NCBI GenBank assembly: GCA_000004985.1
Contig: GG738845.1
Strand: one strand, 5' to 3'
Length of the DNA stretch: 64,000 nucleotides
From: Naegleria gruberi
Taxonomy: Eukaryota
Position numbers and translations under genes: made by a program. The notes under the pieces are model-generated. The model saw nothing but the letters and a program-made list of their open reading frames with translations, did not search any database and had not been told where the DNA came from. Below, in pieces: positions 30,501-39,317 of the stretch (position 1 is the stretch's first letter; every line of letters begins with the position of its first letter).

Positions 30501-32594
30501 ACTCGTGACCCAAGCAATCCAAGTAATCCTGGAGGAGATGTTGTCTTGTCATGCACCAATCTTGACACTGCCACAACTTGTGATGGATTTTCAAATTCTG
30601 CAAGTAATATTAATCAAACTACTCGCAGTTTCAAACAAGGAATGCAACCAGGAACTTATATGTTCACAGCAACCTATACTAAGGGATCTAGAAAGTCTCA
30701 ATCTTCTGTAAAAGTCACACTTTTGGACAAACCAAAATCAACAATTATTAGAGTGTTAGTTTCCCCTCCTAGGAGTGCTGATTTGACAGCAGTTGATCCT
30801 TCTACTGAACTAGTTCTTCAAGCTACAACAATGGATACATTGAGTTCAGATAGAGTCTTTACTTGGAGCTCTCCTGATATTGACCTTACCTCAATTACCA
30901 CTTCCAACAAGTATATTGTAATTCCAAAGAGCTCTCTCGTTCCAGGAACTTCCAATACTGTTAAAGTTAAGATTGTAGATGGCACTAGATCTGGAGAGGC
31001 TGAAATTTCTTTCTCTGTTAACTCTCCTCCAACACAAGGTATTTTAGAAGTCACACCATCCACAGGTATTGCTTTATCTGATGAATTCCAAATTAAGTGT
31101 GGAAATGGTTGGTACGATGTTCAACTTCCTTTATCTTTCAAATTCATGTACAAGGAAGAAAATCAAACAAATTGGAAAACTCTATCAGAACAATCAGAGA
31201 AGAGATCCTTGGCAACATCCTTACCATTTGGTGTGTTGCAAATCAAAGCCATTGTTTACGACTCATTGGGAGCATCGACTGAAGCAATCACTACAGTAAC
31301 CACTATACTTCCAGATGCTGGAGCAGTCCTGAGCATTTTAACCTCACAACAAGGGACAGTCACTGTTTCAACACTTGCTTCTGCTCTCAGTGTTGTTGGA
31401 TCAGTTACGGGATTGACTACAGATCAAAAAGCAGCAATGCAAGAGGCCAGTAAGACTTTTGTTAACAAGTACTTTGAACAACAATCTCAAAAAGACAGTT
31501 TGCTTGAAGAATCATCTTCCTCTGCCTCATCTAAACTTTCAGTTATTTCTTCTATCAGTAATTTTGTAAAAAATCTCCCTGATGAGACTGTTTCAATGGT
31601 TATTCAAAAATTCTCTAAAACTATGGGTTCTGCTTCTACTAGTTCCTCAATTAGTATGGGTAGTGACGATATTTCCTCATCAACCAAGTCAGCAAACTCT
31701 CTCAGAGAACACGTTACTCAAAACATGGCTAAGAGATTTATTTCTTCCTTCACCAAGAATGATTTGAAGACGATTGACGATGTTTATGCCAGTCTTGTTA
31801 GCATTCAAGTTAAATCTTCTGTCGCTGATATGCCAGCCACTAGAGGAGAGGGTGTGGACTCAAACACTTATGCAAGACTTGTCAGTATTCCAACTTTGAA
31901 TGGATTGTCAGAATTGGTTAAGGATCAGGGTGTCTCTTCATTCAAACTTTCATCAACATTTGGTGATAATTCCAAGATTAAGAGTTTAGATAGTGTTAAA
32001 GTTTCAGCAAAGATTCGTCTATTAGATACTTCTTCTCTCAAAGCAGCCACCAAAGTGTTTGAATTGGGAATATCTGATAGTGGTAATAATATCATTGTAC
32101 AAAATAGCCAGTCTATTGCAACTTTGACCATCGAAAGAGTACCCAATGGAAGAAGATCTGTTATGGCTTCTGTACGAAAATGCTTCTCATTGCAAAATAA
32201 TGATTATGTACAAGATAGTACTTGTAGTATTTCTTCAGAAACCAATTCGAATATTGTCATTTCAGTCCAAAGCACTGGATCATATGTAGTTGTAGAACAA
32301 CCAGCTCCAACCAGTAGTTCAGTTCAGCCAACACCTTCTGTATCAGTTGTATCTCCAGCTCATTCAACTACAACTCCGCAAACCTCAACCACCACCACAA
32401 CTCCACAAACTTCTAAAGGCAGTACCAAGGTTCCAACAACAAGTGGACCAAATCTTGATTATATTGCTCTTATATTATTAATTATTCCAGTGGTACTTGT
32501 TGTAGTTGGTATTATTGGATTAACTGTTTGGTTAATGAAGAAGAAGAAGAACTCAAATAAGGATACTAACTTGGTTGAATTGAGAAGTGTTTAA
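24525..32594 (+). CDS. Giant (about 2630-2689 aa) type I membrane protein. It has dozens of EGF / laminin-type EGF repeats, a Ser/Thr-rich Ig/PKD-like region, a mucin-like stalk, one C-terminal TM helix and a short cytoplasmic tail. It is a probable adhesion or surface receptor.
   Basis: A single 8.07-kb intron-free ORF. A likely signal peptide starts at the internal ATG near 24707 (MRIRNYCFIVIALLLLCSGVILVRG). There are more than 30 CxCxxG(W/Y/F)xGxxC units, for example CKCDYGWEGAVC and CSCNQGFTGRNC. The C-terminus reads TTTPQTSTTTTTPQTS..LDYIALILLIIPVVLVVVGIIGLTVWLMKKKKNS. Confidence 0.8.
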   Translation: MKNVVSTANYKFRRYKMNFLLKNFQMRNDTTVFLQYSVVVCALRGCYPCESCKDSKQKNNNMRIRNYCFIVIALLLLCSGVILVRGLSCSKEEDCADSSGSCINGKCECWNNHKTGDYCDVCIRGYVGANCEDCAAGFTKDPQDGSTCLANCNPACYRGDCVGTNLCECNTGWDGATCNVCAKGYSGTDAFGNLLCDVKTCVPGCGYHGKCDVPPSTCKCDYGWEGAVCNIPQCYGNYACGNNSYCSSAFECSCVEGYNQTAAGCVPNVYNCPVPCGDHMKCNSSLLCACEQGYDSINGACYKTCPSNSVRSGTDCVCVAGYSLNNGVCEKECKDCTNGVCSNGVCTCNDGFEKKGEYCYKPCSVFTGTVGATCAIGGICKANGPFFSCSCSESGKEEFNGVCRTPCNPACGENTECNENSICQCKSTLDQDKYSFDNATRKCYPNCTKCKLEHQTCNNPDDANCFCDRVRGYLPIYDSNGVVISCEKPCNPACMGYSHCVNGDHCECDTGYTNYGNEYGCVKTCTSACIGLSWCSDAICYCPSGYQQHSNSTSIWCEPVCSTPCGANMECSAPDNCTCKAGYEVIGSECIKLCPSNSVRSGTDCVCVAGYSLNNGVCEKECSPECTNGVCSNGVCTCNDGFEKKGAYCYKPCSGFTGTVGAPCAAGGICKANGPFFSCSCSESGKEEFNGVCRTPCNPACGENAECNENSICQCKSNLDQAKYSFDNATRKCYPNCTKCKLEHQTCNNPDDANCFCDRVRGYLPIYDSNGVVISCEKPCNPACMGYSHCVNGDHCECDTGYTDYGNEYGCVKTCTSACIGLSWCSDAICYCPSGYQQHSNSTSIWCEPVCSTPCGINKQCSAPEECSCKIGFDDVKEVCVESCQVGYSRAEDDDKCYADCKVCGAHSSCYHSECVCDLGYQVDARGDCSSVVHDNSTGNTTAGNSSTSGGCDPICNPTTSSCLDGACICKDNLEMIGGECVHVCSLDCGIHGICQNTTGSATCNCTDFFEGMACSTCKSGFSLINDRCVCDDSSGRALVGENCICNSVASFKQVGTECVRSEPNCRYGCGNGLCRFVNNVTSDTECVCSAGFISTNQSNCNDCDSNQGLILSNGLCVCNVRLGFRLSTIDGKCKISTPICADKCGNGECQFVDSTTDLAECKCNVGYMTVRGSGKMCSECATGYSLSNGVCKLICPEEYSGDDCSTYTPTSACVNPPSNSLSFCKSVVSYQVKNTLYIQGAQSPSQAKEMFFTNMKSVDEAASNILSQVLNEFAKQNMSCDSNCIAVSTKSICYQYISSCSVDNSNVAVEKKLCKSVCNYILNNEVVTYPDVYANSCNRLPETNCFYGTYLPPATSCFGVPYLNSSVCSGKGRCVDTDSCSCNQGFTGRNCQLPFCFNIDSSDRLVCSSNGECVGVNKCNCKSGFTGKDCSIINCNGKSEAEGGCSFHGQCSAEHKCVCSGNFVGASCSECATGFTGVNCDIPICNGIKANDKTVCSSRGSCIVDGGEPKCSCSSGYSGTSCQNFKCNDIDRSSSDACSKHGKCIAQNTCVCAGNFDPLRYCSTCTPAFNGTDCTERICSDELTCSAHGKCNSNFKCDCQGNWVGDFCNQCKDGFVGTNCQFECSPSTKCSGRGSCNMDGTCQCTGNSIGKNCEQCATGWFGAKCDFSIDSTSFGFSSKGDSLYGTVYSNLKKKFACSDLVTTTDILGIGAVCVLNPEKSSMEIILGLSASVKIGSTLQFKKYFDSLETTQVTISTKDYVAVSPLANLISDKPSVSKACGKVYLDASSSVSIDRRTLLFSWSNILAPTTHDADTLNAFLSSVTSSGVYIGGADLSVGSYSVQVTVTSSFSLEKSTSTVSFDVSDLTSPTVAIKEGLESSIIIGKSSVITPTVTFPSCYKGEGPISYVYTLDTTKSINVDVKQKGELLIFNDDYTKITEEGDYYFILTTTQKGAADVKVPFKVTAKALPLVVSFSVRDMVQSFENDVTFTIITRDPSNPSNPGGDVVLSCTNLDTATTCDGFSNSASNINQTTRSFKQGMQPGTYMFTATYTKGSRKSQSSVKVTLLDKPKSTIIRVLVSPPRSADLTAVDPSTELVLQATTMDTLSSDRVFTWSSPDIDLTSITTSNKYIVIPKSSLVPGTSNTVKVKIVDGTRSGEAEISFSVNSPPTQGILEVTPSTGIALSDEFQIKCGNGWYDVQLPLSFKFMYKEENQTNWKTLSEQSEKRSLATSLPFGVLQIKAIVYDSLGASTEAITTVTTILPDAGAVLSILTSQQGTVTVSTLASALSVVGSVTGLTTDQKAAMQEASKTFVNKYFEQQSQKDSLLEESSSSASSKLSVISSISNFVKNLPDETVSMVIQKFSKTMGSASTSSSISMGSDDISSSTKSANSLREHVTQNMAKRFISSFTKNDLKTIDDVYASLVSIQVKSSVADMPATRGEGVDSNTYARLVSIPTLNGLSELVKDQGVSSFKLSSTFGDNSKIKSLDSVKVSAKIRLLDTSSLKAATKVFELGISDSGNNIIVQNSQSIATLTIERVPNGRRSVMASVRKCFSLQNNDYVQDSTCSISSETNSNIVISVQSTGSYVVVEQPAPTSSSVQPTPSVSVVSPAHSTTTPQTSTTTTTPQTSKGSTKVPTTSGPNLDYIALILLIIPVVLVVVGIIGLTVWLMKKKKNSNKDTNLVELRSV
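25437..27085 (+). repeat. Near-identical internal tandem duplication inside the EGF-repeat gene. Two units of about 782 nt (25437..26218 and 26304..27085) with an 867-nt period.
   Basis: tgtccttctaatagtgttagatctggaactgattgtgtttgtgttgcaggatattc recurs at 25437 and 26304. Identity stays above 95% through ..tggtgtgaacctgtttg(t/c)tc(a/c)actccatgtggt, apart from a 3-nt indel (KDCTNG versus SPECTNG). The encoded roughly 289-aa block (CPSNSVRSGTDCVCVAGYSLNNGVCEKEC...WCEPVCSTPCG) is repeated twice. Confidence 0.9.
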
Positions 32595-33006
32595 TAACTG
32601 TTTCAAGGCTTGGAAGATAATGTGATGATATTAGTGTTGATAATGTCCTTGGTTGGTGTTAATTTTTACACTTGGAAGTCTGACAATACGTTTACTCCAC
32701 AGTTTTTTATTTACCGAATCTTAATTTAAAAATAAATTCGTTTCAATTTATTTATATAAACCCATATTCCCAAGAGAAAGAGTGTTTGCCTGTATGTTTT
32801 TGCAAGATTTGGAAAATCTGTAGGTGGAATAGGATGAAGAGCGTTAACCATCACAGTGTTAGTTAGATATGATTCCATTGATTCATCTTTAATTTAAGAA
32901 AGAACTAGTGACCATCTTTGGGGAATTTTGTAAATAATTACTTCAAGTTTTTTGTGAGGTAGATGAAGAATCTGGAAATTTACCAGAAATTGGGAGTTGT
33001 CTCACT

Positions 33007-35094
33007 CTAATAAACTTTTGTTACCTTTAGTTTTGCACCAACTACTTTAACAAAGTGTTCAGTGTCTCTGAATAATGAATTGTCATTACGTGCAAGCTCT
33101 AATTCGTCTGCAAACAACTCCTTCAATTGTGTCAAGCATTGATCTGGAGAATATCTCTTGCAGTGATCTTCCTGAAGCATACCAGTCATGATTTGTTTGA
33201 GATTTTCATTTTGGATAGATACAGCATTTAATGGATCTTCAGCAGTAACTGGTTGTTTTGACATCATTTCTAAAACAGTCATACCCAAAGAATATACATC
33301 TCCTGTTATGGAAATTAATTTTTCCTTTTGTTTTTCAGGAGCCAAATATCCCTTTGTGCCACTCTTATTCACTATCACATCGTCGCTTTGAAAACAACAT
33401 AGTCTATCTTCATTAACTTTATGAAACAAAATTGACAATTCATAATCAATTAAAAACCAACGATTTTCAATTCTTATAATATTTTGAGGTTTGATATCAT
33501 TGTGAACAATCTTCTTCGTGAACAGAATTGTCATTTGAATCAAAATATCGGATAAAAAATGGATAATATCACTCAACTCGAAGTTTGTTTTCATTCCAAT
33601 AACATCAGCAAGACAATCACCTGCCAAACTGAATAAACCACGGTGATCGTCATTCAAATAGGGCGTTAACATAGTGTTGCGCAATCTTAAAACCATGTTC
33701 CCTTCCTCAATAACTGTGTCTTTTGAGAATACTGTAACAGAATGTTTTGGTGTTTCCTTAAAGAAAATGTCACCTTTCACTAAATTATTTCGTTTTGAGA
33801 AGTATGTAAAAGAAGAGTCCTTATTGAAGCAAACATTTCCAAACGGTTCGATGGAAATAATGGAGTTGTCTGCATACCGGTATTGCTTTTGCTTTTTGGA
33901 AGAGTCACAAACGGATGAACTAGTATGGGATTTTAGGTATTCTTGCATTTTGTTGAATTCAACGTCATAAAAAATACATAATAGAAATGCAACAAGTTCT
34001 ACTCTTCCATAATATTTTTCATCTGCTGATTTTTCTTGAATGGGCTCGTGTTCGAGAGTAACGGACGAATCAATATCTGAAAATAATTCATTAGAGCCCG
34101 AAGTACTTGTCAAAAATTCGCCTTCGTCTGCTTTCGTTATATCTATTTTCGTGCAATCATTTGAAAATGAACCAACATAGTGCAGCACATAACTCAAATC
34201 AAAATCATTTTTTGCATCATTTTCATTTTTAGTTACTAACACGTTCATAACATAAACAAAAGATTTCTTACTGCTTGTGTTCACTCCTATTGTGAAAAGT
34301 TTGGAATGGCTATCAATGATTGTTGAATCACTGGTAATAAGGTTTCTTATTGCATAGGCCAAGCTCAATCTCATTTGTATTATTAACTTCAAAAAGTCTT
34401 TATGCATATAATGATGTGTAACTATGTCTGGTTTATCTTCTCTTATCAATTTGATAACATCAATACTATCTCTGTATTTTCTAATCAAAACATCGTCTGG
34501 TTTAACACCTAAATTTATATCCTCAAATACTTCATTGTCATGAAACAAGTCTTTAACCACTTGATTTCTTTACTCTTTAGTAAAATTAAATTGTTATGAT
34601 ACATACCCACACCTGAAATAATTTTGGAAACAAACAGCCAAATCAAAAAGAGGAGAAAAGTGAGAGCCAGTTTTGGTAAGCTCTGATGTGTCTTTCCAAC
34701 CAGGTAATTCGAATCTGCTCGGAAACAAGGCTTTGAATAACAAGCAATAATTTCGACCCAAGTCCTCTTCTTTTGCAAAATCAAAAACTTTAAACACTTC
34801 ATTTGCTGTTTCATTGTTTGGTGAGTAGACAAACTTGTTGATGGCCATCAAACAATTTGTATATAAATTACTCTTCACAATTTCATGTTCGGAAGACTCT
34901 GCCAATTTAATGTTCAAGTGATAAAAACAATCTCTGAACTGACTAACGTAGTTTTGGTTTGTAGACCAATTTGATGGAATTTTGAATTCAATATTTCTAT
35001 CCTGGACACCATTTAGTGCTTGTTTCACTTTCTCTTTTACTATGGCATCAGAAAATTTACTAAATTCGTGAGTACAATAAACAAAATGCAACAT
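33007..35094 (-). CDS. Protein-kinase-like protein, a probable divergent kinase or pseudokinase. Two exons with a very short (about 39-50 nt) GTATGT..TAAAG intron at about 34568..34606.
   Basis: A catalytic-loop-like HNDIKPQNI (HRD becomes HND), DYE in place of DFG (FLIDYELS), and an APE-like GTKGYLAPE. The track's 33007..34560 ORF starts at a GTG. The upstream ORF 34594..35094 ends at a GTATGT donor. Joining them gives ..YFRCG|NQVVKDLF.. in frame. The start of exon 1 is an ATG with A-rich context at about 35092. Confidence 0.55.
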
Positions 35095-35612
35095 ACACTT
35101 TGCCTGATCCAGAGTTTGAACGTTTACGGCCAGCCATTTTGTTAATTTTTTTTTGTTATTTTTAAAAAATATTCAGGCGGGAAAAATTCGATTTGCAAAT
35201 CCCATTTATTATTTTTGGCTATCCTTACCAACTTTATCATTCGGAAATTTGTTTAATGGAATGAATTTTGTCTTTTGAATCTTTATTAAGATTGGTGCAA
35301 GACTATTTTCAATTTACATGTGCATATCTGATGAAATTAGTTGAATATTTAAATCTTCTATCTCAGTCAACAATAAGTGACAATATTTTTGATAATTATG
35401 TGAAATAATGTAGTATCTAACTCAAAGTCTTTGAAAAATTTAACGATGCCAATGAAATAACAGTTGGCCTTTATTACGCATTTGAACGTTCACAACACTA
35501 GTTTAACAAACCCAATTAGTAGAAAAATATTCCATTGTAACAACAAAGTTCACTACCAGTCAACTCGCAACTTTAAAAAAATAGCATCACTCCACAGCGC
35601 AAAAAGTTCAAA

Positions 35613-35981
35613 ATGTCACAAACAATAGATAAGGCAACAGCCTTAGAAAAAATCCCTCGCGATTATTCAACCTATTCCAAACTCTCTGCTGAATTAAAGT
35701 TGGACGTTGATGTTGTCAGAATTACCTTGCAAAAGACTGGCAGTTATTGTATTGGTCAAATACCAATGGTAGTGTTTGAAAATGATCGCTCATTGGCCTT
35801 CCTTGCCCTCTCAAAAGGTTTTTCTCTTGATAAATTACCAGCCATCTATAAAAGTGATAAGGAAATGGTCTTGATGGATTATAAGAAAAGATATTATGGT
35901 CCAATTCATGCTAACATGGACCTTTGGAATGATAAGGATTTTCTTGATCAATTACTTGTTTTAAATCCGAGCCTTGAATGA
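35613..35981 (+). CDS. DUF4116-repeat protein, N-terminal segment. Possibly the first part of a disrupted longer gene.
   Basis: It encodes 122 aa ending ..NDKDFLDQLLVLNPSLE. DKD..L and NPxLL are DUF4116-like repeat elements. The frame closes at TGA 35979. Confidence 0.4.
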   Translation: MSQTIDKATALEKIPRDYSTYSKLSAELKLDVDVVRITLQKTGSYCIGQIPMVVFENDRSLAFLALSKGFSLDKLPAIYKSDKEMVLMDYKKRYYGPIHANMDLWNDKDFLDQLLVLNPSLE

Positions 35982-36065
35982 TTTATCCAGATAAAAATCC
36001 ACTGGCAGTCGACGGAATCCACTCACATCTGACAAAATCCTTTCAATCCAGCGTTGGCTGGATAA

Positions 36066-37181
36066 CACGGATACATATTACCCTCCCTTGAATATTTCCC
36101 CGAATCATTAAGGGATGACAAGGACGTTGTCACGAAACTTATTTCAAAGAATGGAAGAAAAATTGAATTTGCTTCCGATCGATTGAAGAATGATGATGAA
36201 TTGATTTTGTTGGCTTCATCAAATTCTTCAATCTTTGATTATACAAAACCTAGAGAATTATCAAAGGAACTTTGTTTGGAAATTATTCACAGACAAGGTA
36301 AGGCAAATAGAGATATTCCACCTTATTTAAAGATGGATAGAGATATTGTAAAGGCTCATTTAACTTACTTTACTAATTATTCCTATTTTACTAATGTTGA
36401 TAGGTGTTTCACTGCTGATGAAGAGATGGTTACACTTGTTCTTTCCAGAGATGTTGAACAATGGAAATACATTGATGAGTCATTGAAGAATAATGAAAAA
36501 TTCTTGGCTAAGATTTTGACTATTATTCCTTCCATTTACAAGTTTTTCCCTTTGAGCAAGCGATGCATTAAGGAAGTTGCCTTAAAAGCAATGAAATATG
36601 GTAAAAACTTATGCTTGGCAAGTGAAGCGCTCAAGAATGATAAGGATGTTGTGATGGAAGCTGTTTCAAATTCAGGCCAGTCTATTAGATATGCATCGAA
36701 GGAACTGAGACAAGATAAAAAAGTGATTGAAGCAGCTTTGAAGAATGACCCTTATGGAGTATCATACATCCTTTCAAAACTAACTGAAGAAGAAAGATTG
36801 ATTGGAACATGGAGATTCCAATTCAAGGTCGGTGAACATTCCCAATACAATCACGATCTCATGATTTTTGATTTAGTTTTGAATGCTGATTATTCATACC
36901 TTTTATTCAATCAAGATATCTCTGAAGATTACGATGCTGGGTATCCAAGAACAAGAGACAGAAAAACCACTGGTAAATGGAAAATTGGAATCTATAACAG
37001 TGTTGATGCTCTCTATTTGGATGAAAATGCTTTAATGTCCATTGCCATGTTAAATGAGTGTGCTAATTATCACAACAGAAATTGTGAACAGTTTAATGAA
37101 GAGGCTGAGAGGCATACGTACTCTCATGATAGAAAGACTTTCTCATTTGCAGATGGTGTTTGGTCTGAAAGACTTTTTTAG
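36066..37181 (+). CDS. DUF4116-repeat protein. The reading frame opens at 36066 without an ATG. It is either a continuation of 35613..35981 across a disrupted region, or it starts at the internal Met near 36333.
   Basis: It reads ..LEYFPESLRDDKDVVTKLISKNGRKIEFASDRLKNDDELILLASS.. and later KNDKDVVMEAVSNSGQSIRYASKELRQDKKVIEAALKNDPYGVSYI. These are classic DUF4116 units (ALxYASxELRNDKEVVLAAVKQNGxAL). The track start at 36183 is a TTG. It shares the frame of the upstream ORF but is separated from it by three stops (35979, 36030, 36063). Confidence 0.5.
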   Translation, partial: HGYILPSLEYFPESLRDDKDVVTKLISKNGRKIEFASDRLKNDDELILLASSNSSIFDYTKPRELSKELCLEIIHRQGKANRDIPPYLKMDRDIVKAHLTYFTNYSYFTNVDRCFTADEEMVTLVLSRDVEQWKYIDESLKNNEKFLAKILTIIPSIYKFFPLSKRCIKEVALKAMKYGKNLCLASEALKNDKDVVMEAVSNSGQSIRYASKELRQDKKVIEAALKNDPYGVSYILSKLTEEERLIGTWRFQFKVGEHSQYNHDLMIFDLVLNADYSYLLFNQDISEDYDAGYPRTRDRKTTGKWKIGIYNSVDALYLDENALMSIAMLNECANYHNRNCEQFNEEAERHTYSHDRKTFSFADGVWSERLF

Positions 37182-37391
37182 TTGTGTTTACTACATAACC
37201 GACATGTTATAAAAACTAACAATTGTTTCTGAAATATATTTCACAATCCAATACAATTCTGTAGCTTGATCGTTAACAATATAGATGGCCATATCAATGC
37301 ATATCTACTTATGAAGGAATCAGAACTTATATCCTGAATATGTTTCGACATTGTTATCATGGCTCTAAAACAATAATAATTATCAAAAAAA

Positions 37392-38207
37392 ATGAGTCAA
37401 TATAACTTTTATGCTGGACCACCCCAACAACAAAATGTTGATACAAGTAATTTGACTGGATTATTGTCGAGTATTAATAATCTTCCATCATCACAACAAA
37501 CCTTTACAAAATTCGTTAATTATGATCCGAGCCAAGATGGAACGAGTGTTGGTTCGGAAGGAGCAGAATCTATGGGACCACCAACAACAAAGAAAGGAAC
37601 TACAAGGAAGAGGACATCTAAAGGAGGCTCTTCTTCATCACAGCCTAAAAAGAAAAAAAAGACAACTACAAAATCAAAAAAGAAGCAAGCAGCTGCCGAT
37701 GTGGACGATGACGACGATGACGACGATATGCCAGAAGTAAATACAAAGAAAAAACAAGATGTTGACGATGATGATGATATGCCGGAATCAAATCCGAATG
37801 GTGATGAATTTTCTGGAGAGGACGATAATGATGATGACAATGATGAGGACGATGATAATGACGATGAGGATGATGATACACCAAAAAAGAAATCAAAGAG
37901 GAAATCAAAAGGAGAGCCAAAAGAAGGCTCAGGAAGAAAAAAGACTGAATTGGCTCCACATATTAGACAAATGATGTATGGATTTGGTGATGTGAGGAAT
38001 CCTCTCCCAGAGACAGTGACACTCATGGAAGAATTAGTGCGCGAATATGTTCATGAAATTGTTTCGGAAGCTCTTAAAATCTCAAAGAAGGGTAGATTAA
38101 ATCCAGAAGATTTAGTCTTCCTGATTAGACACGATTCTAAGAAATATCTCAGAGTGGACGAATTATTGAGAAAATATCAAGAAATTAAGAAAGCTAGGGA
38201 TTTGTAA
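37392..38207 (+). CDS. TAF13: TFIID subunit TAF13 homolog with an unusual N-terminal extension of about 190 aa. The extension has a Q/S-rich leader, K-rich and poly-D/E tracts.
   Basis: The C-terminal histone-fold region HIRQMMYGFGDVRNPLPETVTLMEELVREYVHEIVSEALKISKKGRLNPEDLVFLIRHDSKKYLRVDELLRKYQEIKKARDL aligns with human TAF13 (LRCMMYGFGDDQNPYTESVDILEDLVIEFITEMTHKAMSIGRQGRVQVEDIVFLIRKDPRKFARVKDLLTMNEELKRARK). Confidence 0.7.
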   Translation: MSQYNFYAGPPQQQNVDTSNLTGLLSSINNLPSSQQTFTKFVNYDPSQDGTSVGSEGAESMGPPTTKKGTTRKRTSKGGSSSSQPKKKKKTTTKSKKKQAAADVDDDDDDDDMPEVNTKKKQDVDDDDDMPESNPNGDEFSGEDDNDDDNDEDDDNDDEDDDTPKKKSKRKSKGEPKEGSGRKKTELAPHIRQMMYGFGDVRNPLPETVTLMEELVREYVHEIVSEALKISKKGRLNPEDLVFLIRHDSKKYLRVDELLRKYQEIKKARDL

Positions 38208-38344
38208 TTATTTGTAAATTTTTGTAAATATAATCATTATTAATGTTTCGAATAATATTATCCTTTATTTTCAATTTATTAATTTGTTGCTGTATTCCAA
38301 GTGCATAGTTTACAACAAAGAGGAGAATTAAAAAAATAGAAAAA

Positions 38345-39038
38345 ATGTCACGACTTGCAAAGCCATCTTGGCTCACAAAAGATTTTTCAAAAACATTTTA
38401 TGATTCACAAGGATTGATTGAAGAGGATGTCTCACTATTACTCGGAAATTATTGGCTGAATGATAATATTATCAATTTTTATTACTTGTTTTTGGAGAAT
38501 GAAAAATTCAGAGAATATTGTTTTGTTGCACCATCTGTTTCTTTCATTATTTCCATGGTTGATGATGATGAAATTAAAAATACATTACATTCACTAAATG
38601 CAAAGGATAAAAAACTTGTATTTTTCCCAGTGACTGACAATACAGACATTTCATCTTCAGGAGGAACACATTGGAGCTTATTAGTTTTTGAAAGTAATTC
38701 TGGAAAATTCTATTATTTTGATTCAATGGGATCCATGAACAAGTCAGCTGCCAAATATCTTGCCTCAAAGGTGGCTCCATATTTTGGTGTGAAAGCTTCC
38801 AATTTACATATTGCTAAAGCTCCTCAACAAAAAAAGTAAGTGCAACAATTGAGTTATATTGGATAAATATTCTACCAGTGGATATGATTGTGGAATTTAT
38901 GTATTGGCAATGAGTGAATATATTGCAGAGCATGGTCTTTCAGATGCTCAAATCGAATCAGAAATTACACCTTCAAAAGCTACCCAATTGAGAAAGGTTA
39001 TTTTGGATTTAATTGAAAAGAAATCCCAAGAAGAATAA
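38345..39038 (+). CDS. NEDD8-specific protease DEN1/SENP8-like (C48 ULP family). Two exons with a 43-nt intron at about 38836..38878.
   Basis: Exon 1 has LNDNIINFYYLFL...GTHWSLLVFES (the His box of the ULP fold) and ends AA|GTAAGTG. Exon 2 begins after CTACCAG| and gives ..QQKNGYDCGIYVLAMSEYIAEHG.. The catalytic Cys sits in the NGYDCG context, as in human SENP8 (QQNGYDCGMYV). Confidence 0.75.
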
Positions 39039-39317
39039 AGTTATCAAGTTAACCATTGTAATTTTTAAAACGGTATAAATCTGTACTTTGAACAAGTTCC
39101 ACCAACATGAACATCAAAATAGACACCATTTGAAACGTGTGCCCAACAAGGATTGGTCTACTTGTGTGTGGCATCCAATAAGGAAGGTGGCTGAAGAGAA
39201 TAGTGACACAGTACAGGGTTGGCGCGCACTTTTTAAAAAAAATAACTTGAAGATTGGGGTCAGAAGTTACTGCAGCTGTTAAACCTGTTTGTTAATTTAT
39301 CTGATCACAAAATAGAG

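Noticed and set aside
37520-38026. 168-aa minus-strand ORF and other nested or antisense ORFs (37666..37959, 25069..25392, 26368..26961, 28676..29314, 17067..17381, 13297..13569 and others)
   Set aside because: They lie antisense to or overlap strongly supported genes. Their composition reflects the poly-D/poly-K and Cys-repeat coding tracts of the sense strand. They have no start context or homology.
39088-39282. Small intergenic ORFs (39088..39282, 43401..43637, 7200..7457, 20942..21238, 48634..48909, 49626..49880)
   Set aside because: They are short, lack the a-rich ATG context or homology, and lie in UTR or intergenic AT-rich DNA. They are most likely chance ORFs.
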